64,000 nucleotides of DNA, taken from an uncultured Gemmatimonadales bacterium. GTDB taxonomy: Bacteria; Gemmatimonadota; Gemmatimonadetes; Gemmatimonadales; JACORV01. A program made the position numbers and the translations under genes. Numbering within the stretch: position 1 is the first letter of the stretch; each line of letters opens with the position of its first letter. Of this stretch, positions 44,131 to 52,494 are shown one piece after another. The stretch lies in assembly GCA_963835535.1 (NCBI GenBank), contig CAWIFL010000002.1, forward strand, positions 582,405 through 646,404. Reading direction: 5' to 3'. The notes below the pieces were generated by a model that made no database searches, had not been told where the DNA came from, and saw only the letters and a program-made list of their open reading frames with translations.

Positions 44131-44150
44131 TTCGAACCCTCCAAGGCCCA
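44131..44150 (+). repeat. direct repeat of the 3' end of the tRNA at 42071-42144 (att-like)
   Basis: TTCGAACCCTCCAAGGCCCA against TTCGAACCCTCCAGGGCCCA at 42125-42144: 19/20 identical, same orientation. Confidence 0.75.
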
Positions 44151-44154
44151 CTGA

Positions 44155-46449
44155 TTACGGCTTCGCGTAGGCCTCGGCGCTCTGCGTGAACACCGCCCCG
44201 TCGAATCCCCCGGCCGCCACGATCCGGCCGTCGGCGACGGTGGCGCAGCCCTGGCCCTCGCGCGCCGTCCCCAGACTCGCCACCTGGCTCCACGTGTTGG
44301 ACGCCGCATTGTAGGCGAAGACCGTCGTCACCGTAGCCGACCCGTTGTCGCCGCCGATGAGGTACACGGTGCCCTTAGCGTCCACCGCCCCGCACGCGCT
44401 GTAACGCGGCGCCGGCAGATTGGCGAGCGTGCGCCACGTCCCGCTCGCAGCATTGAACGCCCAGACGGTGGCCTGCGGCGCGCTGTCGGTCAGCGCGGCC
44501 AGGCCACCCATGACGTAGATCTCTCCGCTCGGCGCGAGCACCACCGCCGCGTCCTGCCGCGGCGCCGGCAACGGCACGCCCGCGGACCACGTGTGGAGGG
44601 TGAGGTCGTACGCCTCCACCGTGGCGATCGTTACGGTGTCGCCCCAGCTGACCCCGCCGAACACGTAGAACTTCCCGTTCGCGATCGCCCCGACGGCCTC
44701 GGCGTGCGGGACCGCCATCGGCGGCAGCGCCGTCCACGTGTCGGTGGACGGGTCGTAGACCTGTGCGTCGGCCACCGCTGAATCGGTGTCGTACCCGCCG
44801 GCGGCGTAGATCCTGCCGTCGGGCCCGAGCGCTGCGGACTGGCCCGTTCGCGGGGCGACCAGCGGACTGACGGCCGTCCACTGGCCGGACGCCGGATCGA
44901 AGCGCTCGACGGCCGCGGTGAGGTTCTGCGTGGCGTCCCACCCGCCGATCGCGTAGGCCCGTCCCTGGTTGTCGGCCACCAGCGGGTTCAGGAAGTGCGG
45001 GCCCAGCATCGACGCGATCGGCGACCAGGCGCGCGGCGTTCCGCCGGTCCTGACGGCGCCGCAGCCCTCGAACTCGCCCCGGTCCCTGCCCTCATCCACC
45101 GGGCCGGACAGGCACGCCCCGGTCGCGCCGGGAGTGAGGGTCAGCGCGTTGATCGGGAAGCGGAAGATCCGTTCTCTCGCATGGTCGCCCCTATGGTCGC
45201 CCCCGCGGCCGCCATCACGCCGGGTCGGAAGGTGCTCGTCACAGGCCCGCTCGCCGCCGTTGCTGCCGCCACGCAGCTGGAGCGCCGACGCACCCGCAAA
45301 CTGCAGGGCGCATCCCTCGGCGTGCTGGACGTCCACATCCCCACCACTCAGCAGTCCGACGCGGACGTAACCGGTGTCCACGCTCAGGTCCACGTGGTGC
45401 GTCGAATCACCGGGCTGGATGTCGATCCGCGCGCGCATCGGAAGCGCGGGGCGGAATGCCTCGACCGAGCCCAACGGAACGTTCGTCGAGCTGAGCCCAC
45501 CGATGGCGTACAGCGTGCCGTCCGGGCCGGCGACGGTGGCACCGAGGCGCCGGGGAACCGACAGGAGCGGCAGGCCGGTCCATGCGTTGGTCGCCGCGCT
45601 GTATTGCTGGGCCAGCGTGCCGTTGGTGACGCCGGCGTTCTCCCCGCCCGCTATGAAGAGGCGCCCCGCGAGAGCTGCCGCGCCCAACGCGTCACGCCCG
45701 ACGTCGAGGGGCGTGGACACACTCCAGGCGTCTCCACCCGGCGTGTACACCAGGACCTGCGTCAGTGGCCCGGACCCGTCGTTGCCGCCGATCAGGTAGA
45801 CTCGACCGTCGCCCGCCGTGGCCGCCGCCGCCATGAAGCGCGCCGCGGGCAGGCCGCTGGCCGCAGTCCAGGTGTTGGTGGCGGGACTGTAAGCCTCGAC
45901 GGCAGGGCTCAAGCCGCCGGCGTCACCGCCGATCGCGTAGATCGTCCCGTCCACTCCCAGCGCCACCGCCAGGTAGCTGCGCGGCGTGGGTAACGGAGCC
46001 ACAGGAGTCCAGGTGCCAGCGGCGGGATCGAGCCGGAGCACCGTCGGGTTGGGGCTGCCGAATGGCGGGCTTCGGCCGCCGATGACGTACACCATGCCGT
46101 CGGCGCCCGTCACGGCTGCCAGGCCAGCGCGCGGCTCGGGCAGTGGGGGGCCCGCGGTCCAGCGGTGGCTGAGCGGGTTATAGATCTCTGTGCTTGCGAG
46201 CGTGGAGGCTCCGACCCCGATACCGCCGATGACGTAGATCTTCCCGGCGGCGGTCGCGGCGCCGAACGCGTAGCGCGGCGTGGCGAGGGGCGCCATGGCC
46301 GTCCAGGATGACGGCGACCTGTCGAGGGACGGGGTGAGGGCGAGGGCGGCGACCTGCGACGCCGGAGCCGTAGCGTCGCGACAGGACGCGAGGGCCAGGG
46401 CGGCGGACACACCAACCACGCCCCTGGGGAAAGCCGCTCTCCAGCGCAT
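44155..46449 (-). CDS. lipoprotein with two Kelch-repeat beta-propellers
   Basis: ATG 46449 begins MRWRAAFPRGVVGVSAALALASC (lipobox LASC). Many Kelch-type units (YxxGG, W..v..lp.pR) fall in two blocks, separated by a roughly 130-aa middle region. Confidence 0.8.
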   Translation of the reverse strand: MRWRAAFPRGVVGVSAALALASCRDATAPASQVAALALTPSLDRSPSSWTAMAPLATPRYAFGAATAAGKIYVIGGIGVGASTLASTEIYNPLSHRWTAGPPLPEPRAGLAAVTGADGMVYVIGGRSPPFGSPNPTVLRLDPAAGTWTPVAPLPTPRSYLAVALGVDGTIYAIGGDAGGLSPAVEAYSPATNTWTAASGLPAARFMAAAATAGDGRVYLIGGNDGSGPLTQVLVYTPGGDAWSVSTPLDVGRDALGAAALAGRLFIAGGENAGVTNGTLAQQYSAATNAWTGLPLLSVPRRLGATVAGPDGTLYAIGGLSSTNVPLGSVEAFRPALPMRARIDIQPGDSTHHVDLSVDTGYVRVGLLSGGDVDVQHAEGCALQFAGASALQLRGGSNGGERACDEHLPTRRDGGRGGDHRGDHARERIFRFPINALTLTPGATGACLSGPVDEGRDRGEFEGCGAVRTGGTPRAWSPIASMLGPHFLNPLVADNQGRAYAIGGWDATQNLTAAVERFDPASGQWTAVSPLVAPRTGQSAALGPDGRIYAAGGYDTDSAVADAQVYDPSTDTWTALPPMAVPHAEAVGAIANGKFYVFGGVSWGDTVTIATVEAYDLTLHTWSAGVPLPAPRQDAAVVLAPSGEIYVMGGLAALTDSAPQATVWAFNAASGTWRTLANLPAPRYSACGAVDAKGTVYLIGGDNGSATVTTVFAYNAASNTWSQVASLGTAREGQGCATVADGRIVAAGGFDGAVFTQSAEAYAKP

Positions 46450-46562
46450 CGCCAGCACCACAGTCACCCACTCTGTTGGGGAACTTCAGCGAGGCACCAA
46501 GTTAGAGGCGCCCCGACTAAATTACCAGGATGATTCTCACGTTCTAGCGGGCGCGGCTTCGC

Positions 46563-47339
46563 ATGGACGATCGGAACGGCGTCACCCAGGGGCACTACTA
46601 CCGCAAGCAGCTCGGCTGCGCGAGCGGCATCATCGCGTGGAGCCACCGATCGCGCTTCCGGCTCGCCGTGCGGCTCGCGGGGCGCGCGCCCGGACGGATG
46701 CTGGACTACGGCTGCGGCGACGGGACGTTCCTGGCCATGGTCGCGGACCGCATCCGCGAGGGCTGCGGCGCCGACATCGCCCCGGACCAGATCGCGGATT
46801 GCCGGGAGCGCCTCGCCGCCTTCACGAACCTCCGCTTTTGCACTGTCGCCGAGCTGGCCGACGCGTCCCGGGACGGGGCATACGACGTCGTGATGTGCAT
46901 GGAGACGCTGGAGCACTGCACGGATGCGGCGGCCGAGGCCGTTCTCCGGGACCTCGCCCGCCTGGTGTCGCCGGGCGGCCGGGTGATCATCAGCGTCCCG
47001 ATCGAAACCGGGCCGACGTTCCTGCTGAAGACGGTGATCCGCAAGCTCGCCGCGTGGCGCGGCCTGAGCGACTATCGGTTTTACGAGTCGTACACGCTGC
47101 GCGACGCGTTCCGCATGCTGCTGGCGAAGCGCAGCACCGCTCTCGACCGGCCCGTCTACGGCGAGCCGGACTCTCCGTTTCACTCGCACTACGGCTTCAA
47201 CTGGCGAGCGACGCGGGAGCGTGTGGCCACCCACCTCAGGATCGAGCGGACGGTGTTCTCCCCGCTCGGGCTGCTCGGCGGCGTCGTGAGCAGCCAGGCA
47301 TGGTTCCTGTGCCGGCCGCTGGCGCGGGGCCCCTCCTGA
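46563..47339 (+). CDS. class I SAM-dependent methyltransferase
   Basis: 258 aa: MLDYGCGDGTF, CMETLEHCTD, VSPGGRVIISVP. Confidence 0.82.
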   Translation: MDDRNGVTQGHYYRKQLGCASGIIAWSHRSRFRLAVRLAGRAPGRMLDYGCGDGTFLAMVADRIREGCGADIAPDQIADCRERLAAFTNLRFCTVAELADASRDGAYDVVMCMETLEHCTDAAAEAVLRDLARLVSPGGRVIISVPIETGPTFLLKTVIRKLAAWRGLSDYRFYESYTLRDAFRMLLAKRSTALDRPVYGEPDSPFHSHYGFNWRATRERVATHLRIERTVFSPLGLLGGVVSSQAWFLCRPLARGPS

Positions 47340-47440
47340 ACGGCCCGCCGCCGGACGGCCCGGCCGGGCCCATTCCCGAATGCCCGCCGCCGTGGCACGA
47401 TGCGCCGGCCCCGTCTATCTTGTTCGCGGTCCGCAGGCCC

Positions 47441-47514
47441 GGGTGGTTAGCTCAGCTGGTTAGAGCGCCGGTCTCACATACCGGAGGTCGAGGGTTCGAG
47501 TCCCCCACCGCCCA
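47441..47514 (+). tRNA. tRNA-Val (CAC)
   Basis: Hand-folded 74-nt cloverleaf: acceptor GGGTGGT/ACCGCCC (one G.U), D arm GCTC-AGCTGGTTA-GAGC, anticodon stem CCGGT/ACCGG with loop CTCACAT, T loop TTCGAGT (one A.C in the T stem), discriminator A. Confidence 0.88.
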
Positions 47515-47537
47515 CTGACGCCACGCGTCCCCCGCTC

Positions 47538-48761
47538 GTGCTGAACCCCATGCAGATCCGCCGCCTTCTGGCGCGCACCCTCCGCGTCGCGCTCGACGGT
47601 GGCCCCGCCCACGCGCAGCTCATCCAGCGGTGGGCGCAGGCCCAGGCGGCCGAGGCGTCGTGGCTCGCGGCCCTCACGTGGGACGGTGTCGGCGCCGCCG
47701 CCGGCTGGGCGCTGCGGGCGCTGGATCTCGGGGGGGTCGCCCCGCCCGAGGTGGACGCCGCAGCGTCCGAGGCGTACGAAGAGGCCCGCCAGATCAGCCT
47801 GGTGCAGGTCGCCGACCTCACGCGCCTCGGCGTCGAGCTGGCCTCCGTCCAGATTCCGTGCATCGCGCTCAAGGGCTCCGCGCTCCTGGTCGGGAGTCTC
47901 TGCCCCGCCCTCGGCATCCGGTGGATGGCCGACGTCGACGTCCTGGTGCGCGAGCAGCAGGTCGAAGACGCGGCCTGGGTGCTCGAGTCGCTCGGTTTCG
48001 CGCGCGGTGTGACGCGCGACCTCTCGGTGCCCGAATTCTCCCGTCCGTATCACGACACCTTCACCAGCGTCGACGGCCGCTCGATCGAGCTGCACTGGCG
48101 CGTCGGCCCCGCCCGCTGGGGAAAGACCGCCGCGGCCGACCGGTGGTTCGAGCGCGCCACGCCGTCGTCCGCCGACGGCATCCTCCTGCCCTCGGCGCTC
48201 GACCTGTTCTGGCATTTCCTGGTGCACGACGCGCGCAATCACGCCTGGAGCAGCGGCTCCCTGCGGGCCGCTCTCGACCTGGCGCTCGTGGCGCGGGCGC
48301 CGGGCTTCACGCTCGTGGACGTGATGCGGCGACTGGACGAGGACCCGCGGCCGGGGCCGCTCCTGGAGGCGATCGCCGACGCCGCGACGCTCTCGCCGAT
48401 CCTCGCGGCGGAGATCGAGCCGTCTCCGGACCCGCGGTATCTCAGGCTGGCGCGGTGGCGCGACGGCATCGGCCGGCGGTCCTGGAAGCTCCAGCGGCGG
48501 TCCGAGGCCATCGCGTGGGGGGTGACGCTGGACCGCGCCCGGCGGTTCGGCGGCTGGGGCACGGTGGCCGATCACGCGCTGCGCGCCGTCCCCGAACCCA
48601 CGCCGCGCCGCTCGCCCGGTGCGCTCCTCCGCCGCTGGTTCCTCACGCTCCGTCACGTCGCGTTCGTCGGCGCGCTCGCGGCCTCGCACCTGATCTCGGT
48701 GAGTGGCGGTGTCACGGGCCGGCGCGCGCTCCCTAGCCCAGCGCCTCCCGGTACACGGTGA
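47538..48761 (+). CDS. uncharacterised nucleotidyltransferase-family protein (NTP_transf_5-like)
   Basis: 407 aa: IPCIALKGSALL ... RWMADVDVLV ... IELHWRV, typical of that family as I recall it. The 3' end overlaps the convergent GT4 gene by 29 nt. Confidence 0.6.
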   Translation: MLNPMQIRRLLARTLRVALDGGPAHAQLIQRWAQAQAAEASWLAALTWDGVGAAAGWALRALDLGGVAPPEVDAAASEAYEEARQISLVQVADLTRLGVELASVQIPCIALKGSALLVGSLCPALGIRWMADVDVLVREQQVEDAAWVLESLGFARGVTRDLSVPEFSRPYHDTFTSVDGRSIELHWRVGPARWGKTAAADRWFERATPSSADGILLPSALDLFWHFLVHDARNHAWSSGSLRAALDLALVARAPGFTLVDVMRRLDEDPRPGPLLEAIADAATLSPILAAEIEPSPDPRYLRLARWRDGIGRRSWKLQRRSEAIAWGVTLDRARRFGGWGTVADHALRAVPEPTPRRSPGALLRRWFLTLRHVAFVGALAASHLISVSGGVTGRRALPSPAPPGTR

Positions 48762-49836
48762 GATAGCGCTCCCCCATCAGGGCGCTGGAGTACTCGCGCT
48801 CGAAGATCTCCCGTGCGCGGCGGCCCATGGCGGAGCGCTGCGGCGCGTCCCCCAGCAGGGAGCGCAGGGCCTCCCGCAACGCGGCCGCGTCGCCCGGCGG
48901 CACGACCAGTCCCGTCAGGCCTTGGCGGTTCACCGCCGAGACGCCGGTGGGCAGCGCGGTGGTGACCAACGGCTTTCCGCTCGCCATCGCCTCGAGCAGC
49001 ACCACGCCGAAGGCCTCCGCGATCGTCACCGACGGGAGGCAGAAGACGTCGCACGCGTGGTAGAAGGCGGGCAGGAGCGCGTCGTCCACTCGCCCGGCGA
49101 ACACGACGTTCTGCGCGGCGAGGCTCCGCAACGCGCGCTCGAGTGGCCCGGACCCCACCAGGACGGCCACGGCGTCGAGCCCCCGGACCGCCTCGAGCAG
49201 CACGTCGAGGCCCTTGTAGCCGACCAGCCGGCCCACCGCGAGCACGACCGGCCGGTTGCCGGCGCCCCAGGCCTCGCGCAGCTCGCGCGCGCGCGCCGCC
49301 GTCTCCGGCCGCGCCCCGAAGCGCGAGCCGTCAATCCCGTATGGGATGACACGCACCTTCTGCTCGAACCCCGCCAGCTCGCGCGACGCCGTGACGTACT
49401 GCTCGGAGGCGACGACGATGCGCTGCGCCCGCGCGAACGCCCGCCGCACCAGCGGTCCATACAGCGGCCAGAAGGCCCGCTGCCGCACCACGTCGCTGTG
49501 CTGCGTGACGACCAGCGGCCGGACGCGATCGCTCAGAACCGCCAGGTCGCCCAGCGGGTTGGGATGGTGGAGGTGGACGACGTCGCCCGCTTCCCGGCGC
49601 ACCAGGCCGGGCAGACCCGGTGCGATCGGCTGCGACAGGAAGGTCCCGAGCGTGCGCGCGCGCACCACGCGCACCCCGTCAACCTCGGATACGCCGCCCG
49701 CGCCGCGCACGGCCGACACGACGCAGGTGACCGCCACGCCGCGCCGCACCAGCTCGGCGTGGAGCGCGACCACAGCCGACTCCAGGCCGCCGTAGTATTC
49801 GGGCGGATAGAACTTCCCGACGCCGAGAACGCGCAA
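48733..49836 (-). CDS. GT4-family glycosyltransferase
   Basis: 367 aa with a TTG start: PSVTIAEAFGVVLLEAMASGKPLV. Confidence 0.85.
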   Translation of the reverse strand: MRVLGVGKFYPPEYYGGLESAVVALHAELVRRGVAVTCVVSAVRGAGGVSEVDGVRVVRARTLGTFLSQPIAPGLPGLVRREAGDVVHLHHPNPLGDLAVLSDRVRPLVVTQHSDVVRQRAFWPLYGPLVRRAFARAQRIVVASEQYVTASRELAGFEQKVRVIPYGIDGSRFGARPETAARARELREAWGAGNRPVVLAVGRLVGYKGLDVLLEAVRGLDAVAVLVGSGPLERALRSLAAQNVVFAGRVDDALLPAFYHACDVFCLPSVTIAEAFGVVLLEAMASGKPLVTTALPTGVSAVNRQGLTGLVVPPGDAAALREALRSLLGDAPQRSAMGRRAREIFEREYSSALMGERYLTVYREALG

Positions 49837-49846
49837 GCGTCCCGGG

Positions 49847-51313
49847 CTACGCGCGCGCCGGCGCCGCGACGCGGGTGGTGGCCGTCGCCAGCGAGGGCCG
49901 GAGCACGTCCACGAGCAGGTTCACGTCCGTGAGGAGATCGCCCCGGCCGTAGCGCCGGAACACAGCCAGCTCGCCGTACACCGTGCCGCCGGGCCCGAGC
50001 TGGAATGGCATGTGCACGCCCCACTCGTCCGCCTTCACCGGGACCGGCTGCTCGATGACGACGCCCCCCTCCAGCAGGAACTCGCGCCGCTTCGTGCCGG
50101 GCCCGCCCTCGTAGAGCGAGAGGCGCACGGCGTCGAATTCGCTGCCGGTGAACAGCTTCGCCAGCGCCGTCACGACGTCCTCCCACGAGGATGCCAGCTC
50201 CAGCGCCCGGGCCGCCTTGCGCACCTCGACGTTGAACGCGATGACCCGCCGGTGGAGCAGCCCGCGCTGGGCCATGCGCGCCAGCTCCGTGAACTCGAAC
50301 AGGCGCAGGTGGCGGACCGACAGCCAGACCAGGATGCCCACCATCGTGAGCAGCACGGCCAGGCCGCGGACGTTGGGGTTCAGGAACAGCATGCTCGCCA
50401 GGGCGAACGCCGCCGACACCGCATAGAGCACCGCGACGGCCTGTCGCGGCGTGAGCCCGACGTCCAGCAGCCGGTGGTGCAGGTGCTCGCGGTCGCCCCG
50501 GAAGATCGGCGCCCCTCGGGCCGCGCGGCGCGCCATCGCGATCAGCGTGTCCATCACCGGCAGTCCGAAGGCCACGATCGGGATCGCGATCGCCACCAGG
50601 GTCGGTGACTTGGTCGCGCCGCGGATCGAGAGCGTGGCGAGGAGGAAGCCAAGGGTCAGGCTCCCGGCGTCGCCGAGGTAGATGCGCGCCGGGGCGAAGT
50701 TGTAGCGCAGGAAGCCCAGCGTGGCGCCGGCGAGCGCGACGGTGAGCAGGGCCACGAGGGGCTGGCCCAGCGCCACGGACGTGACGAACACGGCGAGCAG
50801 GGCGAAGACCGCCGCGCCGGCCGCAGCTCCGTCGATCCCGTCCAGCAGGTTGAACGCGTTCGTTATCCCGACGATCCAGAGCACCGTAAACGCCAGGCCC
50901 CAGACGTTTCCCAGCTCCACGATGCCGAACGGGAGCCACATTGTGGCCGCCCGGACGCCGGCCACGTACAGGGCGACGGCGACGGCGATCTCGATCAGGA
51001 ACTTGGGGGTGGCCTTGAGGCTCCAGATGTCGTCCGCGACGCCGAGCGCCAGAATCACGAGCGCCCCGAGGTACACGGCCTGCAACTCCAGACGCGAATA
51101 GGCGAGGAGCGCGCGGACCGGCGCGAAGACCGCCGCCAGCAGCGCCAGCGCGAGCACCCAGGCCGCCGCGATGCCCAGCCCGCCCGAGCGAGGGATCGGC
51201 GGGTCCCTCGTGAGGTCCACCGCGCCGATCCGGCGGCCCAGACGCCCGGCCGCCGGGACCAGGACGAGCCCCAGCAGCAACGCAAGGACGAACACGGAGA
51301 GGTATGAGCGCAT
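49847..51313 (-). CDS. wecA: polyprenyl-phosphate sugar-1-phosphate transferase (MraY/WecA family) with C-terminal extension
   Basis: 488 aa with about 10-11 TM helices: VADDIWSL, NAFNLLDGIDG, GDAGSLTLGF. A soluble tail of about 140 aa follows. Confidence 0.85.
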   Translation of the reverse strand: MRSYLSVFVLALLLGLVLVPAAGRLGRRIGAVDLTRDPPIPRSGGLGIAAAWVLALALLAAVFAPVRALLAYSRLELQAVYLGALVILALGVADDIWSLKATPKFLIEIAVAVALYVAGVRAATMWLPFGIVELGNVWGLAFTVLWIVGITNAFNLLDGIDGAAAGAAVFALLAVFVTSVALGQPLVALLTVALAGATLGFLRYNFAPARIYLGDAGSLTLGFLLATLSIRGATKSPTLVAIAIPIVAFGLPVMDTLIAMARRAARGAPIFRGDREHLHHRLLDVGLTPRQAVAVLYAVSAAFALASMLFLNPNVRGLAVLLTMVGILVWLSVRHLRLFEFTELARMAQRGLLHRRVIAFNVEVRKAARALELASSWEDVVTALAKLFTGSEFDAVRLSLYEGGPGTKRREFLLEGGVVIEQPVPVKADEWGVHMPFQLGPGGTVYGELAVFRRYGRGDLLTDVNLLVDVLRPSLATATTRVAAPARA

Positions 51314-51408
51314 GCCTTTGAATAACGTGGCGCGGCGACCTCTGCAACCCCATATTCCGGCGTGACCTACGCCGCGTTCGCCGCCGGCGCCCGGACCGGA
51401 GCGCCCGA

Positions 51409-52494
51409 GTGACGAAGCGCGTCGTTCTTTATTGCCCGGACCTGCCTCCGATCGCCGGCGGCGTATCCGACCACACGGGCGCCCTGGCGCGTGCGCTCGC
51501 GGCGCGCGGCGTGGACCTCGAGGTACTCGGCCGGCGCGGCGACCCCGCCCTGCTCGCCCCCATCGCCTGCCGGACTGGAATCACCCCGCACGCCGTCGCC
51601 TCCGCAGCGTCCGGCGCGAGCGGCGTGATCGTCCAGTACGTGCCGTTCCTGTACGCGCGGCTCGGCGTCGCCCCGTCGCTGGTGCGCGCCGTCGCGGCGC
51701 TCCGGCGCGCGCGGCTGGCGGTCGGCGTGCTGCTGCACGAGCCGTTCGTCCCATTCACACGGCTGCCCTGGCTGGTGACCGGGTGGCCGATGCGGTGGCA
51801 GTTCCGCGCGATCATGCGCCGCGCCGACGTCATCTGGTCGCCGGTCCCCGCCTTCCTGGAGCTGGCGCGCGCGGCGGCGCGAGCGGGGACGCGTCTCGCC
51901 GTGACGCCGGTGGGCTCCACCGTCGCCGTGGCCCCCGTCGCCCGGGCGCAGGCGCGCGACGCCCTCGCCCTCGGCCCGGCCGACGTCGCCCTCGGACTCT
52001 TCAGCCCCGATGCGTCCGGCGCGTTGCCCGGCTGGATTGCCGCGGCCGCGGCCGCCGTGCGGGACCTGCCCCAGGTCGTATGGGTGGCGTTCGGCAAAGG
52101 GAGCGAGCGCGCCGTGGACTCGCCCGTCGGCGGCGCGCGCGTCCTGCGGCTGGGATGGCTCTCCCCGGAGCGGATCAGCCACGTCTTCCAGGCGCTCGAC
52201 GTATCGCTCGCGCCGTTCATGGACGGGCTGACGCTGCGGCGCACCAGCGCCATGACGGCGCTCGCCCACGGAATCCCGCTGGTCTCCTCGCGCGGACATC
52301 TCTTCGATCCGGCCCTCGCCGGCGCGGCCGCGTGCGAGCGCACGCCCGAGGAGTTCGGCGCCACCGTCCGGGCGCTGGTCACGGATCCGGTCCGTCGGCG
52401 TGCACTGGGGGCGGCGGGGCTGGCGTTCTATCGAGACCACGCGTCGGTGGACGTGCTCGCCGCGCGCGTGGCCGCGGACGTGGCGGCATGGTGA
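51409..52494 (+). CDS. glycosyltransferase (GT-B fold, GT1/GT4-like, divergent)
   Basis: 361 aa with a GTG start. N-terminal VVLYCPDLPPIAGGVSDHT and C-terminal TSAMTALAHGIPLV. Confidence 0.6.
   Translation: MTKRVVLYCPDLPPIAGGVSDHTGALARALAARGVDLEVLGRRGDPALLAPIACRTGITPHAVASAASGASGVIVQYVPFLYARLGVAPSLVRAVAALRRARLAVGVLLHEPFVPFTRLPWLVTGWPMRWQFRAIMRRADVIWSPVPAFLELARAAARAGTRLAVTPVGSTVAVAPVARAQARDALALGPADVALGLFSPDASGALPGWIAAAAAAVRDLPQVVWVAFGKGSERAVDSPVGGARVLRLGWLSPERISHVFQALDVSLAPFMDGLTLRRTSAMTALAHGIPLVSSRGHLFDPALAGAAACERTPEEFGATVRALVTDPVRRRALGAAGLAFYRDHASVDVLAARVAADVAAW

Noticed and set aside
44041-44150. An intact tRNA or tmRNA gene in the deacetylase-Kelch spacer.
   Set aside because: Only T-arm and 3'-acceptor-like pieces are present, on opposite strands. 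No complementary 5' acceptor strand, D arm or anticodon arm could be folded by hand. I treat them as fragments or att-like scars.
45181-45204. 12-nt tandem duplication ATGGTCGCCCCT/ATGGTCGCCCCC in the Kelch lipoprotein gene (GDHRGDH in the protein).
   Set aside because: It is a single in-frame duplication in a low-complexity linker with no wider pattern, so probably trivial slippage.
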